A stretch of 64,000 nt of DNA from an uncultured bacterium (GCA_965368975.1 CBDUPA010000009.1:199867-263866), one strand, 5' to 3'. Shown: positions 21,466 to 32,379, numbered from the stretch's first letter. A program made the numbers and translations. Notes: generated by a model not told the origin, from the letters alone.

Positions 21466-22059
21466 TCAATTCGGGAGTCGAAGCTGGGCTGGCTGCAGAG
21501 CCTCCAGTACCTTCTGAGCGACGGTGTCGAGCCACGACTCGCGATTGCCCCGATCCAGTTCCAGCACCTCGAAACCGCGGCGCTTGAGTTCGTGGCGCAG
21601 GCGTTCGTCCACCGCGTGCTGGAACGACGGGTTGTCCGAACGAATGCCGTCGGCACTGGGCTGTTCCAGAATCGGCACGTGGATCAGCAGGTGGTAGGTG
21701 TTCATCCAGCCATCGACCAAGGCGTCGAGCGTCGGCTGCTTCCCCGCGCTGAGCAGCAGATAGATGTAGTTGTCGAGAGCGCTCCGGTCGCAGATGACGA
21801 CCGGATACCGTTGCTGCGCCACCACCTCTTCCGCGATCTGGGTGTGCAGAATCCAGGATTCGGACGCCAGACCGGTCTCCTCGTTGATCGGCAGAGGGCA
21901 GCGCCGTGCCACTTCGTGGACCACGTCGAGCGAGACGTCCTGTGCCTTGAGCCGCGACGCGAGGCCGTAGCAAAGGGTTGTCTTGCCGACACCGTGGCTG
22001 CCGATGAAGGCGATCTTGTAGCGCCTGGCGCCGGTCGTGGTGGCGTTGGAGTCATGCAT
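21466..22059 (-). CDS. P-loop NTPase, AAA_28/NadR-kinase-like
   Basis: IAFIGSHGVGKTT, VHEVAR, ICDRSALD. Confidence 0.8.
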   Translation of the reverse strand: MHDSNATTTGARRYKIAFIGSHGVGKTTLCYGLASRLKAQDVSLDVVHEVARRCPLPINEETGLASESWILHTQIAEEVVAQQRYPVVICDRSALDNYIYLLLSAGKQPTLDALVDGWMNTYHLLIHVPILEQPSADGIRSDNPSFQHAVDERLRHELKRRGFEVLELDRGNRESWLDTVAQKVLEALQPAQLRLPN

Positions 22060-22993
22060 GGTGCTTGGCGGGATCTTCGCCCAGAGAGCGCAGTGCGTGC
22101 AAGTGCCCTCGCCACAGAGCTCGCAGCCGTTCACCTGCCCGCGAGCGCAGCAGCAGCCGCAGACTCTTCACGATCACCCAGCCGCTGTGCACGAGCGCCA
22201 AGTAGGTGCGGTACAGCCGACCGTGGAACGGCCGCAAGCGATTGCGGGCCATCCACTCCAAGTAGAGCGGCGAAGCCTCGCCGGACCCCGTGGCTGCGCC
22301 GAGGTGGTGGTCGCAGGCCATTGCCGGCTCGAACCACAATTGCCAACCCGCGCGCCGCAGTCGTAGGCACAAGTCGAGGTCCTCGTGGTACAGAAAGTAG
22401 GAAGCGTCGAAACCGCCCGTGGCGTCCCAGGCCTGCAGGCGTACGGCCAGAGCGGTGCCCGGAATGAACCCCACCGCGCGAGCCCTTTGGGCATCGGCGG
22501 CGGCGTGGCTCTGCCACACGGTGCCGCTGAGACGCCGGCAACCACCGCCCGCGTACCACAGACGCGGCAGCTGCTCCCCGCTGGCTGCCAGGTAAACCGG
22601 CCCGCCGACGGCACCGACCTCTGGCTCCGCGAAAGCGCGGCTCAGCGCATCGAAGAAGCCCGGACGAAGGCACACGTCGTGGTTGAGTGCCAGAATCACG
22701 TCGAAGTCGCCAGAATCAGCGGTAGAGGCCCCTATGGAACCGGCACTACCGCGCAAGGTATCGAGGCCCCGGCGGACCCCGCCACCGAAGCCGGGATTGT
22801 CCGGCAGGTGTAGCACACTCGCGGCAGACTCGAGATCCACCGGCAAGTCGAAGTTGTTCGAGTTGTCCACCACGATCACCCGCCGGCGTAGGCTCGACGA
22901 ATCGGCCAGCACCGAGCGCAAGCAGGCGCACGTCGGTGCGCTGTCACCGTAGTGCACGATGACGACCGCGACACCCTCGCCAGTGCCCTTCAC
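22052..22993 (-). CDS. Glycosyltransferase family 2
   Basis: VVIVHY, IVVDNS, NPGFGGG, LNHD, FDASYFLYHEDLDLC. Confidence 0.9.
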   Translation of the reverse strand: MKGTGEGVAVVIVHYGDSAPTCACLRSVLADSSSLRRRVIVVDNSNNFDLPVDLESAASVLHLPDNPGFGGGVRRGLDTLRGSAGSIGASTADSGDFDVILALNHDVCLRPGFFDALSRAFAEPEVGAVGGPVYLAASGEQLPRLWYAGGGCRRLSGTVWQSHAAADAQRARAVGFIPGTALAVRLQAWDATGGFDASYFLYHEDLDLCLRLRRAGWQLWFEPAMACDHHLGAATGSGEASPLYLEWMARNRLRPFHGRLYRTYLALVHSGWVIVKSLRLLLRSRAGERLRALWRGHLHALRSLGEDPAKHHA

Positions 22994-24348
22994 CAGCGCT
23001 CCAGCTCGGCCTGCAAGAGATCCAGGGCGGTCTCGAGTTGAGCTTCGGTGATGCTCAACGGAGGCGTCAATTCAGCCACGCGGCCCTCGGGACCACCCGC
23101 CAAGAGCAGCACGCCCGAGTGCAGTGCCGCGTCGCTCCAGCGTCCCGCCAGCGTGTGCTGCTCGAACTCGACTCCCCACATCAGGCCGCGTCCGCGCACC
23201 TGCCGCACCGCCGGGAAGCGCCGCGGCCAGCTCTGCACTCGCGCCGCCACGAACTCCCCGAGACGCTGTGCGCGAGCGACCAGGTCCTCTTCGTGCAGCA
23301 CGTCGAGCGTTGCCAGCGCCGCGGCACAGGCCAAAGGGTGCGCGACGAAGGTGCCAGTGTGGAGCGCTTCGCCGGACGTCTGCCACACTTCCATCAGCTC
23401 CGCTCGGCCCGCTGTTGCGGCGATCGGCAGGCCGCCGCCCAACGCCTTGCCACAACACAGCAGGTCGGGCTCGACGCCCTCGCTCTCGACCGCGAAGAGC
23501 GTGCCGGTGCGACCGAAGCCTGTGAAGATCTCGTCGGCGATCAGCAGCACATCGCGCTGCCGGCACGCCCGCGCCACTTGGGCCAGCCAGCCCCTGGGAG
23601 GGATCAGGACTCCCTCGCGGCCGACCCACGGCTCGACCAGCACACAGCCGATTGCCGGTGTCTCCGTGCGATCCTGAAGTCGTTGGTCGAGGACGTCTGG
23701 ATCGACGCCGAAGGGCAAGCGCTCGACGCACGGGTGCAGCCAGGAGTCGAAAGGTTGCCGGAAGGCCGGGCGCGAGGTCGCCGCCAGAGCGCCCAGGGTC
23801 AGACCATGGTAGGCGGGGTCGAAGACCAGAACGCCGGGCCGGCCGCCCTTCCCTTTCTGCCGGCTCTTCTCTTGCTGCTGGCTGTACAGGAGAGCTGTCT
23901 TGAGCGCGATCTCGACCGCGTCGGCGCCCGAAACCGCAAAGTGGATGCGCGTATCCCGCGAACCGTTCCCAGCCGCGACGGGCAGAAGTGCACTCAGACG
24001 TTCGGCCAGTTCGATACGCCCCGGATGGGCGTGGACATCGCCCAAGGCGTGTACCAAGCGCTGGCTCTGCGCCGCCACGGCCGCGGTGACGCGGGGATGG
24101 CGGTGGCCGATGGCCGCGACGCCGAAGCCGGCGGTCAGGTCGACGTAGACGTTACCGTCGACATCGAGCACGTTGGCGCCGCGCGCTTCCAGCCACTGGA
24201 TCGCCGGTCCAAAACCCAGCGTGTTGATACCGGGCGCCTCGCACGCCGCCAGGCGCCGGCAGTTGTCCCGCGCCCTGGGGCCCAGCGGTGGACAGCGCAT
24301 CGCCGGCAAGAGATCGCCGTCTTGCAGAACCGACGGAGGAGATACCAT
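22990..24348 (-). CDS. Class III PLP-dependent aminotransferase
   Basis: DVDGNVYVD, SGADAVE, YHG, LIADEIFTGFGRTG, GKALGGG, VRGRGLM. Confidence 0.92.
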   Translation of the reverse strand: MVSPPSVLQDGDLLPAMRCPPLGPRARDNCRRLAACEAPGINTLGFGPAIQWLEARGANVLDVDGNVYVDLTAGFGVAAIGHRHPRVTAAVAAQSQRLVHALGDVHAHPGRIELAERLSALLPVAAGNGSRDTRIHFAVSGADAVEIALKTALLYSQQQEKSRQKGKGGRPGVLVFDPAYHGLTLGALAATSRPAFRQPFDSWLHPCVERLPFGVDPDVLDQRLQDRTETPAIGCVLVEPWVGREGVLIPPRGWLAQVARACRQRDVLLIADEIFTGFGRTGTLFAVESEGVEPDLLCCGKALGGGLPIAATAGRAELMEVWQTSGEALHTGTFVAHPLACAAALATLDVLHEEDLVARAQRLGEFVAARVQSWPRRFPAVRQVRGRGLMWGVEFEQHTLAGRWSDAALHSGVLLLAGGPEGRVAELTPPLSITEAQLETALDLLQAELERW

Positions 24349-24361
24349 GACGAGCGCCGGC

Positions 24362-24946
24362 TCAGAGTTCTCGTCTGCCGCTCAATGAACGGCTCAGGGT
24401 CACCTCATCGGTGTACTCGATATCGCCGCCCACGGGCATGCCGAAGGCCAGGCGCGTCACCCGCACGCCGCGCGGTTTGAGCAGCCGGGCCAGGAACAGT
24501 GCCGTCGCCTCGCCCTCGACGTTGGGATTGGTGGCCAAGATCACCTCTTCGACACCCTCCAATCGCTGCAGAAGGGAATCGACGTTCAACTCGTCCGGTC
24601 CAATGCCGCGCTGGGGTGACAGGGCTCCCATCAGCACGTGGTACTGGCCACGGTAGTCGCCGGTGCGCTCCAAGGGCTGGATGTTGAACGGCTCCTCGAC
24701 CACGCAAATCATCTTGCGTGTGCGCAACTCGTCGCTGCAGATGCGGCACGGATCGATATCCGTGATCGCGCCGCACGTCGAGCAGTGGAAGAGCTTGTCC
24801 TTCACCTCGAGCACCGCCGACGCCAGCGCCTCGGCATCGCGGCGCGGCACCTTGAGCAGGTGATGCGCGAGCCGTGCGGCCGTCTTCGGACCGATGCCCG
24901 GCAGGCGGGACAACTCACCGACCAGGCGCGCCAGGGGATCGGACAT
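24362..24946 (-). CDS. recR: Recombination mediator RecR
   Basis: LPGIGPKTA, C4 zinc finger, ILATNPNVEGEAT. Confidence 0.97.
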   Translation of the reverse strand: MSDPLARLVGELSRLPGIGPKTAARLAHHLLKVPRRDAEALASAVLEVKDKLFHCSTCGAITDIDPCRICSDELRTRKMICVVEEPFNIQPLERTGDYRGQYHVLMGALSPQRGIGPDELNVDSLLQRLEGVEEVILATNPNVEGEATALFLARLLKPRGVRVTRLAFGMPVGGDIEYTDEVTLSRSLSGRREL

Positions 24947-24994
24947 GGTTGTTCTCGGGAGTCGAGTTTGCAGGTTGATCCAGGAAACCGCGGA

Positions 24995-25288
24995 TCAGAA
25001 CAGATTCGGTACGCCGCCGGCGAGCCCGCCCAACTTGCCCTGCACGGCTTCGTCCACCTGGCGTGCCGCCTCGTTGACCGCTGCGAGGACCAGGTCTTCC
25101 AGCATCGAGGGATCCTCAGGGTCGATGACCTCGGGGTCGATGTGGATGCCGACCAGGTGCTTGTGACCGCTCATCTTGACGGAAACCACGCCGCCGCCGA
25201 CGCTGGCGTCGACCTCTAGCTCGGCCAGATCGCGCTGCATCTTGTCCTGCATCTGCTGCGCTTGCTTCATCAGTTGGCGAATATTCAT
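24995..25288 (-). CDS. ybaB: YbaB/EbfC nucleoid-associated protein
   Basis: MKQAQQMQ, GGGVV, LEDLVLAAVN; sits between dnaX and recR. Confidence 0.95.
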   Translation of the reverse strand: MNIRQLMKQAQQMQDKMQRDLAELEVDASVGGGVVSVKMSGHKHLVGIHIDPEVIDPEDPSMLEDLVLAAVNEAARQVDEAVQGKLGGLAGGVPNLF

Positions 25289-25305
25289 CGTGCTTCCTCT
25301 ATGAG

Positions 25306-27174
25306 TCAGGAACTCCCGTCCTTGGTGACCGACTCTACCGTACCGTTGAAGAGTTCGAGCACCGCCTGAACCTGAGGCTGCTCCCGAACCGCATCGAGTT
25401 CACTATTCGAGGGGGCTTGCTCTGGCGGTGGCGAAGCCTCTGCCTCGGCCATGTCGGCATCTTCGAGCAACCGGACTTCGAGGTCGTCGAGTCCCCATAC
25501 GCGGCGTCCGGCTTCGCGTACCGCGTCTTGGTTGCTCGAACGCTCCATCGCCTTGCGCAAGGGGTCGTGCGGCGCGTGCCGGACCTCTAGGACACCGTCG
25601 TGGTAGGTCACGCGAGCTCGTTCCAGGCGCGAGCGCAGCGGCGTCTTGAGCTGACCGACCGTCTCCAGGAAGCGTGCGACGCTGTCGCCGGCAGAGCTCG
25701 GCCGCGGGGCACGAGATCCTCGATTGTCGGGCTCGTCGTGGGCAGCGTTGTCGCGATGGTCGTCGTGGTCCGAGTAGTCCGGCGGTGGCTCCGGCAACGG
25801 AACGTCGGGCTCCGGCGGCGGTTCCGGCGCCGAGCGTGCAGGCGGCTCAGTGGCCCGCTGCGGCTCCGGGGATCCGGCGTGAACCCGTGATGGCTGCACC
25901 GGGGGAGCCTTGGCCGGTGTCGCCTCCCGAGGCACAGCCTGCGCGGGAGCTGGGTTCTGAGGAGCTGGGTTCTGAGGAGCTGGGGGGCGTTCCGGTGCAG
26001 GGCGAACCGGAGCGGGGCGTACCGCTGCCGATACCGGCAGGCTGGGGCGCGTTGCCGTACCTGAGAGCAGGTCCTCGAGCCGGGTCAGCTTCGGCAGCTC
26101 GGCGGCGCGCAGCCAGGCGATCTCGAGCGCCAGCAAACCGGCTTCGCTGCGTCGCACGACGGCCTCGCTGCTGAGTAGCTGGTGCACCAAGCGCAGCAGG
26201 TTTTCATAGCCAGCCTGCCGTGCCAGCTCAGCGAGCCGCCGCGCGTCGTCCTCGGGCAGGTCGACCTGATCGGGCGCACTGCCCAAGGCCAGGTGCAGGG
26301 CCTCGCGCCCGTACTCCAGGAACTGCGCGTAGACGTGGCGCGGGTCCTTGCCCAGCTCCGCCACCTGCGCGGCGGCGCGGCTGACCGCCGGTGCGTCGCC
26401 GTCGAGCATAGAGGCCAAGAGCTGTTCGAACAGGGCGGCGTCGAGGCCACCGAAGAGGCGGGCGGCGTCTTCATCCGAAATGCTGCCGGCGCCGAAGGTC
26501 GCCATCTGGTCGAGCATCGCAACCGCGTCGCGCACGCTGCCCTCACCGGCCCGCGCGATCATGCGCAGCGCATTGTCACTGGCCTCGATGTTCTCCTGCT
26601 GGCACAGGGAGCGCAGATGGTCGGCCAGGACCGCCACCGGTACGCGCCGGAACTGGAACTCCTGGCAGCGCGACAAGATGGTGGCAGGAACGGCCTCGAT
26701 CTCGGTGGTGGCGAAGATGAACACCAGGTGCGGCGGTGGTTCCTCGACGATCTTGAGCAGGGCGTCGAAGGCCTGGCGCGAGAAGCGGTGAACTTCGTCG
26801 AGCACCACCACTTTATAGCGGTCGCGGGAGGGGCCGTACTTGAGGCTCTCCGTCAGCTCGCGCACCTGCTCGACCTTCGAGTAGGTGGCGGCGTCGACCT
26901 CCAGCACGTCCAGATCACCGCCGCGCGTGATGTCGAGGCAGACTTGACACTCGTTGCACGGATCCGCCGCTGGACCACGCTCGCAGTTGAGCGCCTTCGC
27001 CAGCACGCGCGCCGCGCTCGTCTTGCCGACACCTCGAATGCCTGAGAACAGGTACGCTTGCGCGATTCGTTCTTCTACCAGGGCGTTGCGCAGCGCCGTC
27101 ACGATGGCTTCCTGGCCGATCAGGCTGGAGAAGTCTTGCGGACGTGACTTGCGGGCGAGAACCTGGTAGGCCAT
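25306..27174 (-). CDS. dnaX: DNA polymerase III subunit gamma/tau
   Basis: YQVLARKSRP, GIRGVGKT, LDEVH, TILSRCQ; Pro-rich linker. Confidence 0.97.
   Translation of the reverse strand: MAYQVLARKSRPQDFSSLIGQEAIVTALRNALVEERIAQAYLFSGIRGVGKTSAARVLAKALNCERGPAADPCNECQVCLDITRGGDLDVLEVDAATYSKVEQVRELTESLKYGPSRDRYKVVVLDEVHRFSRQAFDALLKIVEEPPPHLVFIFATTEIEAVPATILSRCQEFQFRRVPVAVLADHLRSLCQQENIEASDNALRMIARAGEGSVRDAVAMLDQMATFGAGSISDEDAARLFGGLDAALFEQLLASMLDGDAPAVSRAAAQVAELGKDPRHVYAQFLEYGREALHLALGSAPDQVDLPEDDARRLAELARQAGYENLLRLVHQLLSSEAVVRRSEAGLLALEIAWLRAAELPKLTRLEDLLSGTATRPSLPVSAAVRPAPVRPAPERPPAPQNPAPQNPAPAQAVPREATPAKAPPVQPSRVHAGSPEPQRATEPPARSAPEPPPEPDVPLPEPPPDYSDHDDHRDNAAHDEPDNRGSRAPRPSSAGDSVARFLETVGQLKTPLRSRLERARVTYHDGVLEVRHAPHDPLRKAMERSSNQDAVREAGRRVWGLDDLEVRLLEDADMAEAEASPPPEQAPSNSELDAVREQPQVQAVLELFNGTVESVTKDGSS
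25946..25984. repeat. 15-bp tandem repeat x2.6 in the dnaX linker (PAPQN)
   Basis: GGAGCTGGGTTCTGA at 25946 and 25961, partial at 25976. Confidence 0.75.
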
Positions 27175-27223
27175 GGACCGTTCCGTTCAGAGGTTCGCGG
27201 GGGAGTTTCTGTGGCAGGGTTGT

Positions 27224-27450
27224 CGGCAGGGCTGCCAGCCAAGCTCTCCGCTGGGCTTTCTGCTGCCTTGGTAGCAGAGCTCGATGGGAGATTCAGGTGA
27301 GCTGCGGCACTCGACGGTTTACCTTATCGCTGCTCCCTTCCGGGCCTGACGAGGTTCGATAGCCGCCGATGCACAGGACCCGAACCCCCCACCCAACCCT
27401 GCTTCAACCCTGGCGGGAGCGGGCTCGAGCGGGTGGCAGTGGCCCTGCCG
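27224..27450 (-). ncRNA. ffs: Signal recognition particle RNA (core 27286-27390, extended stem to 27224-27450)
   Basis: Helix 8 motif TCAGGCCCGGAAGGGAGCAGC on minus strand, upstream of dnaX; flanks pair continuously outwards. Confidence 0.9.
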
Positions 27451-29740
27451 GAGAAAGGATCGTACGGTCTGAGAAGAAGAATGTAAAGGCGAGCGACCAC
27501 CCCAGCGCGGCCAGCAAGGCGGCGAGCGGAAGGCCGGGCGCACGGTAGAAAAGCTCGATCTCTGCCGTCGCTTCCCCCGGCAGATGCAACATTGGCAGCA
27601 GACCGTGTTCGACCTCCAGGGGTTGCCAAGAATGGAGCTCCGCCCCTTGGTGCCGCCAGCGGGCTTGCCAACCGCCGTCCTGGAACAGCGGTATCTCGCA
27701 ACGCACGGTACCTGCGTCTCGCTCGAGAGTCCAGCGCGGCCCCGTCGCCGGCAGGAGGCGGCACGGTGCCTGCCAGGGCAAGCGGTAGATGCGACCCGCG
27801 GTATCGTCCAGCACGAGCAGCCAGGGCGACGGTGCCCTCTCGCCGGCCGCCGTGAGCAAATAGCGCACGCGCAGGCGCTCGTAGAGCGGGTGTCGTGTCG
27901 TCTCCAGCTCCGGCACGTTACGCCGCGGTGAGCGTGTCAAGGGCGCGAGCAGGAGCTGGTAGGCTGCGGGTTCGAGCGGATTGTAGACGCGCACATCGCG
28001 CAGACCGTAAAGGCTCGCCAGGTTGGGTGGTAGGGCTTCACCGAGCGCGGCGAAGCGCTCGTCCGGCTGCAGGTGCTGGCGCAGGTAGGTGAGCGGTGCC
28101 GGCTGTTCGAGACCGTCGGCTTCTGCGGCGGTGCTCCACGGTAGGGCCAGGCGTCGCGGCATCGTTGGATTGGCGTCGCCGTGGGCGAGCAGCAACTCAC
28201 CAGCGATGAGCAAGGCGTACAGCCAGGGCGCCCAGCGCCGCGGGGCCAGCAGCAAGGCGAGGACGGCGGCGCCCAGGAAGCGCAGCTGCCAGTGCAGCCA
28301 GCCGTCGCGCAGGGGAGCCAGCAAGCCCGGGTCGTCCGGATGCGGATGCGCCTGGTAGGCCCAAACAACCAGGCCGGCCAGCGACCCGGCGACTCCGAGG
28401 ACGGCGAAGTGCCAGCGGGAGCGCCATCCTCGAGCCGCCCAGTGATCGAGGAAGCCGGCTGCCAGCACTGCCAGGCAGAAGGCCACGATCAGCCACAGCC
28501 GCCGGTTGCCGTGTGCCGCGGCGCCTCCCAGCAAGGGTAGGGCTTGCAGCCAGTGCGTCACCATCGGCGGCTGCGCCACCAGCGCCAGGCTGAGGAGCAA
28601 CCAGCCACCGAAGAGCCAGAACTCCGGAACCCGGCGTAGAGCCACCAGCGCCAACAGCGCGGCCAGTAGGGTCGTGGTGCCAGAGAAGCCGGCGGCGTCC
28701 TCGTTGCTGTTGTCTCGACCCCAATAGTGGACATAGCGCGAATTGCCGAAGGCATTGGGCGCCGCCACCTGCAGCAAGCTACGGGTCAAGTCCCAGCTCC
28801 CGTCCGCCGCCGCCTCGGCATCGAAGTCGAGCTGCGCCTGGCGGCCACTTTGCGGCAGGTAGAGCGCTGTGGGTAACCACACCGGTGCCGTGATGCAGGC
28901 GGCAACCATCACCGCCAGCGCCGCGAACCACCAGCGCTGCCAGCGCCGTGGATCTCGAGTGCCGACAGCGCGCAGCAGGGCGAAAGACGTTGCCAGGGCC
29001 AGCACGTAGAGAATCGTCTCCGGATGTCCGGCCAGCAACAGGCCCGCGAGTGCGGCGGTCAAGAGCACGGCGTCGCGTCGCCGTGGCGCGGCGGACTCAC
29101 CCGCGGGTAGCAGTCGGCTCAGAGCGTAGAGCACGGCCGGCAGAAAGACGGCGCTGTTGGCCAGCGGCCAGCCGAGCCACAGCAGCAGATAGCCGCTCAA
29201 GCCGAAGGCGAGGGCACCAGCGAGCGCCGGCCCACTGCCCAGGCGAAGCCGGCGCAGAAAGAGATAGGTGAAGGTCAACGTCAGCAGCAACCGCAGCGCT
29301 GCTAGAACAGCAGCCGCGCCCGGCCACGGCACGGCCAGCGCCAGCAGCGTGAGCGGCTGGAAGGGCTGTGCCTGCGGGTCGGCGAGCAGGGGCAGACCGA
29401 GCCCGGCATACGGGTTCCACAGCGGCCAGCGACCGGCGAGCAACTCGTCGCGCACCAGCTGCTGCGATGGAGCGATCAGCTGGATCAGGTCTCCCTGCAG
29501 GAAATTGCCGTGCGGCTCGACCGGGGGCAAGTCCTGGAAAGGCACGAAACCGCGCAGGTTGTCCAGAGGCAGCAAGACGTCACCGGCCAGCAGGGCCGGT
29601 CCGAGCAGCAGCAAGATCACCACGGAGAAAACGGCCCAGACGAAGGCAGGCAAGGGATCGAACCACCGCCGCAAGGAGAATGCCAGGGCGCTGCCGAGCA
29701 CGGCTGTCCAGAGACCGGGCAGCACAGCGTCAAACATCAT
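27404..29740 (-). CDS. YfhO-like multi-pass membrane protein (GT-C fold glycosyltransferase-like)
   Basis: GRWPLWNPY.GLGLPLLADPQ, LLAGHPET, many TM helices, GWQA near the C-terminus. Confidence 0.8.
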   Translation of the reverse strand: MMFDAVLPGLWTAVLGSALAFSLRRWFDPLPAFVWAVFSVVILLLLGPALLAGDVLLPLDNLRGFVPFQDLPPVEPHGNFLQGDLIQLIAPSQQLVRDELLAGRWPLWNPYAGLGLPLLADPQAQPFQPLTLLALAVPWPGAAAVLAALRLLLTLTFTYLFLRRLRLGSGPALAGALAFGLSGYLLLWLGWPLANSAVFLPAVLYALSRLLPAGESAAPRRRDAVLLTAALAGLLLAGHPETILYVLALATSFALLRAVGTRDPRRWQRWWFAALAVMVAACITAPVWLPTALYLPQSGRQAQLDFDAEAAADGSWDLTRSLLQVAAPNAFGNSRYVHYWGRDNSNEDAAGFSGTTTLLAALLALVALRRVPEFWLFGGWLLLSLALVAQPPMVTHWLQALPLLGGAAAHGNRRLWLIVAFCLAVLAAGFLDHWAARGWRSRWHFAVLGVAGSLAGLVVWAYQAHPHPDDPGLLAPLRDGWLHWQLRFLGAAVLALLLAPRRWAPWLYALLIAGELLLAHGDANPTMPRRLALPWSTAAEADGLEQPAPLTYLRQHLQPDERFAALGEALPPNLASLYGLRDVRVYNPLEPAAYQLLLAPLTRSPRRNVPELETTRHPLYERLRVRYLLTAAGERAPSPWLLVLDDTAGRIYRLPWQAPCRLLPATGPRWTLERDAGTVRCEIPLFQDGGWQARWRHQGAELHSWQPLEVEHGLLPMLHLPGEATAEIELFYRAPGLPLAALLAALGWSLAFTFFFSDRTILSPAGPLPPARARSRQG
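27459..27487 (-). promoter_or_regulatory. Putative ffs promoter
   Basis: TTTACA-N17-TACGAT on minus strand; predicted TSS near 27452. Confidence 0.65.
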
Positions 29741-29772
29741 GGTGACGGCAGTCTAGTGCGGCCCGTGCTTCC

Positions 29773-29801
29773 TTGCACCCCCCCAGTCCAGGCGATAGAA
29801 T
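29773..29801 (+). promoter_or_regulatory. Putative gltA promoter
   Basis: TTGCAC-N17-TAGAAT. Confidence 0.65.
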
Positions 29802-29973
29802 TTGAAGTTGCCAGAGTCATCAAGCTGGCAACCCACACCGCACGAGCTGCGCCGATCCGAACAACCGCCACCGCGCGTAGATTCTCCGGCAGAGAGACCC
29901 GACCGGAATCCATCGATACCAACCCCCTGGTCGATCGTCTCAGCTCACGAAGAAAGCCCATCTGGAGAGCACA

Positions 29974-31242
<1,269 letters not shown>

Positions 31243-31319
31243 AGTGGGAGTCAGGACCGATGACGGGACCGGTATGAAGACGTCGTCCATGGGAGGCCTG
31301 TGAAACCTTTGGGAGACGC

Positions 31320-31538
31320 GTGAAGCTACGGGCACGCTCGGAAATGCTCGGAGGCTGGGAAGGCAGCGCAGAGCTGACCCCGGACGCCATTGTGCGTCCA
31401 GACGGTCTACCGGTGCTCTTCTTGGACGGTGAAGATCCGGTCAAGCCCGAAGAAGCAGCCATGTTCGAACTGGAAGTTCTCGAAGCTTCCGATGGTGAGC
31501 GCGCCGCTCTGGTGGCGGCGGGCTATCAGTTGAGCTGA
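31320..31538 (+). CDS. Small hypothetical protein (72 aa)
   Basis: GGGAG upstream of GTG; TGATG overlap with the SDR start. Confidence 0.6.
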   Translation: MKLRARSEMLGGWEGSAELTPDAIVRPDGLPVLFLDGEDPVKPEEAAMFELEVLEASDGERAALVAAGYQLS

Positions 31539-32365
31539 TGGGCAGTACGGAAAAGATTTTCAAGGGCAACGTCGTGCTGCTCACCGGTGCCTCCGCAGGC
31601 ATCGGCAAAGAACTGGCGTTGCAGCTGGCCGCCGAAGGGGCGCACCTGGCGCTGTGCGCGCGCAGCGCAGAGGCGCTGGAAGCGGTCGCAGAAGAATGCC
31701 GCCAGGTCGGCGCAGCGGCCGGTACCCGCGTGCTGACCCGCGTCACCGACGTCGGTGACGAAGCACAATGCCGGCAGCTGGTCGAGGCGACGGTCGCAGA
31801 GTTCGGCCGTCTCGACACCCTGATCAACAACGCAGGCATCAGCATGTGGGCCCTGTTCGAGGATATGGAGACGCTGGAACCGTTCGAGCGCATCATGCGG
31901 GTCAACTACTTCGGCAGCGTCTACTGCACGCACTACGCCTTGCCGTACCTGAAGCAAAGCCGTGGTCGCCTCGTCGGCGTTGCCAGCCTCACGGGCAAGA
32001 CTGGCGTGCCGACGCGCAGTGGCTATGCTGCCAGCAAGCATGCGATGGCCGGCTTCTTCGACACCCTGCGCATCGAACTGGCCGACAGTGGTGTCTCGGT
32101 CACCATGATCTATCCAGACTTCGTCAAGAGCGAGGTGCGCTCGCGCGCCTTCGGTCCGGACGGTGCAACGCTGGGGGAGAGCCCAGTGCAGGAAGACCGG
32201 ATCATGACCGCCGCGACCTGCGCCGCGATCATTCGCCGCGCCGCGGCCCGCCGCCAACGCGAGGTCATCACCAGCCTGCGGGGCAAGCTCGGCTCTTTCC
32301 TCAAACTCTTCTTCCCGTCCATTCTCGACGGAATCGCCAGGCGCGCCATCGCGCGGGGCCGCTGA
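31538..32365 (+). CDS. Short-chain dehydrogenase/reductase
   Basis: TGASAGIG, INNAG, YAASK. Confidence 0.93.
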   Translation: MGSTEKIFKGNVVLLTGASAGIGKELALQLAAEGAHLALCARSAEALEAVAEECRQVGAAAGTRVLTRVTDVGDEAQCRQLVEATVAEFGRLDTLINNAGISMWALFEDMETLEPFERIMRVNYFGSVYCTHYALPYLKQSRGRLVGVASLTGKTGVPTRSGYAASKHAMAGFFDTLRIELADSGVSVTMIYPDFVKSEVRSRAFGPDGATLGESPVQEDRIMTAATCAAIIRRAAARRQREVITSLRGKLGSFLKLFFPSILDGIARRAIARGR

Positions 32366-32379
32366 CAACGCTGGTCTCT

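Noticed and set aside
31768-32379. N-terminal 204 aa of the 573-aa ORF
   Set aside because: Out-of-frame overlap with the SDR gene, Arg-rich nonsense; real start taken as ATG 32380
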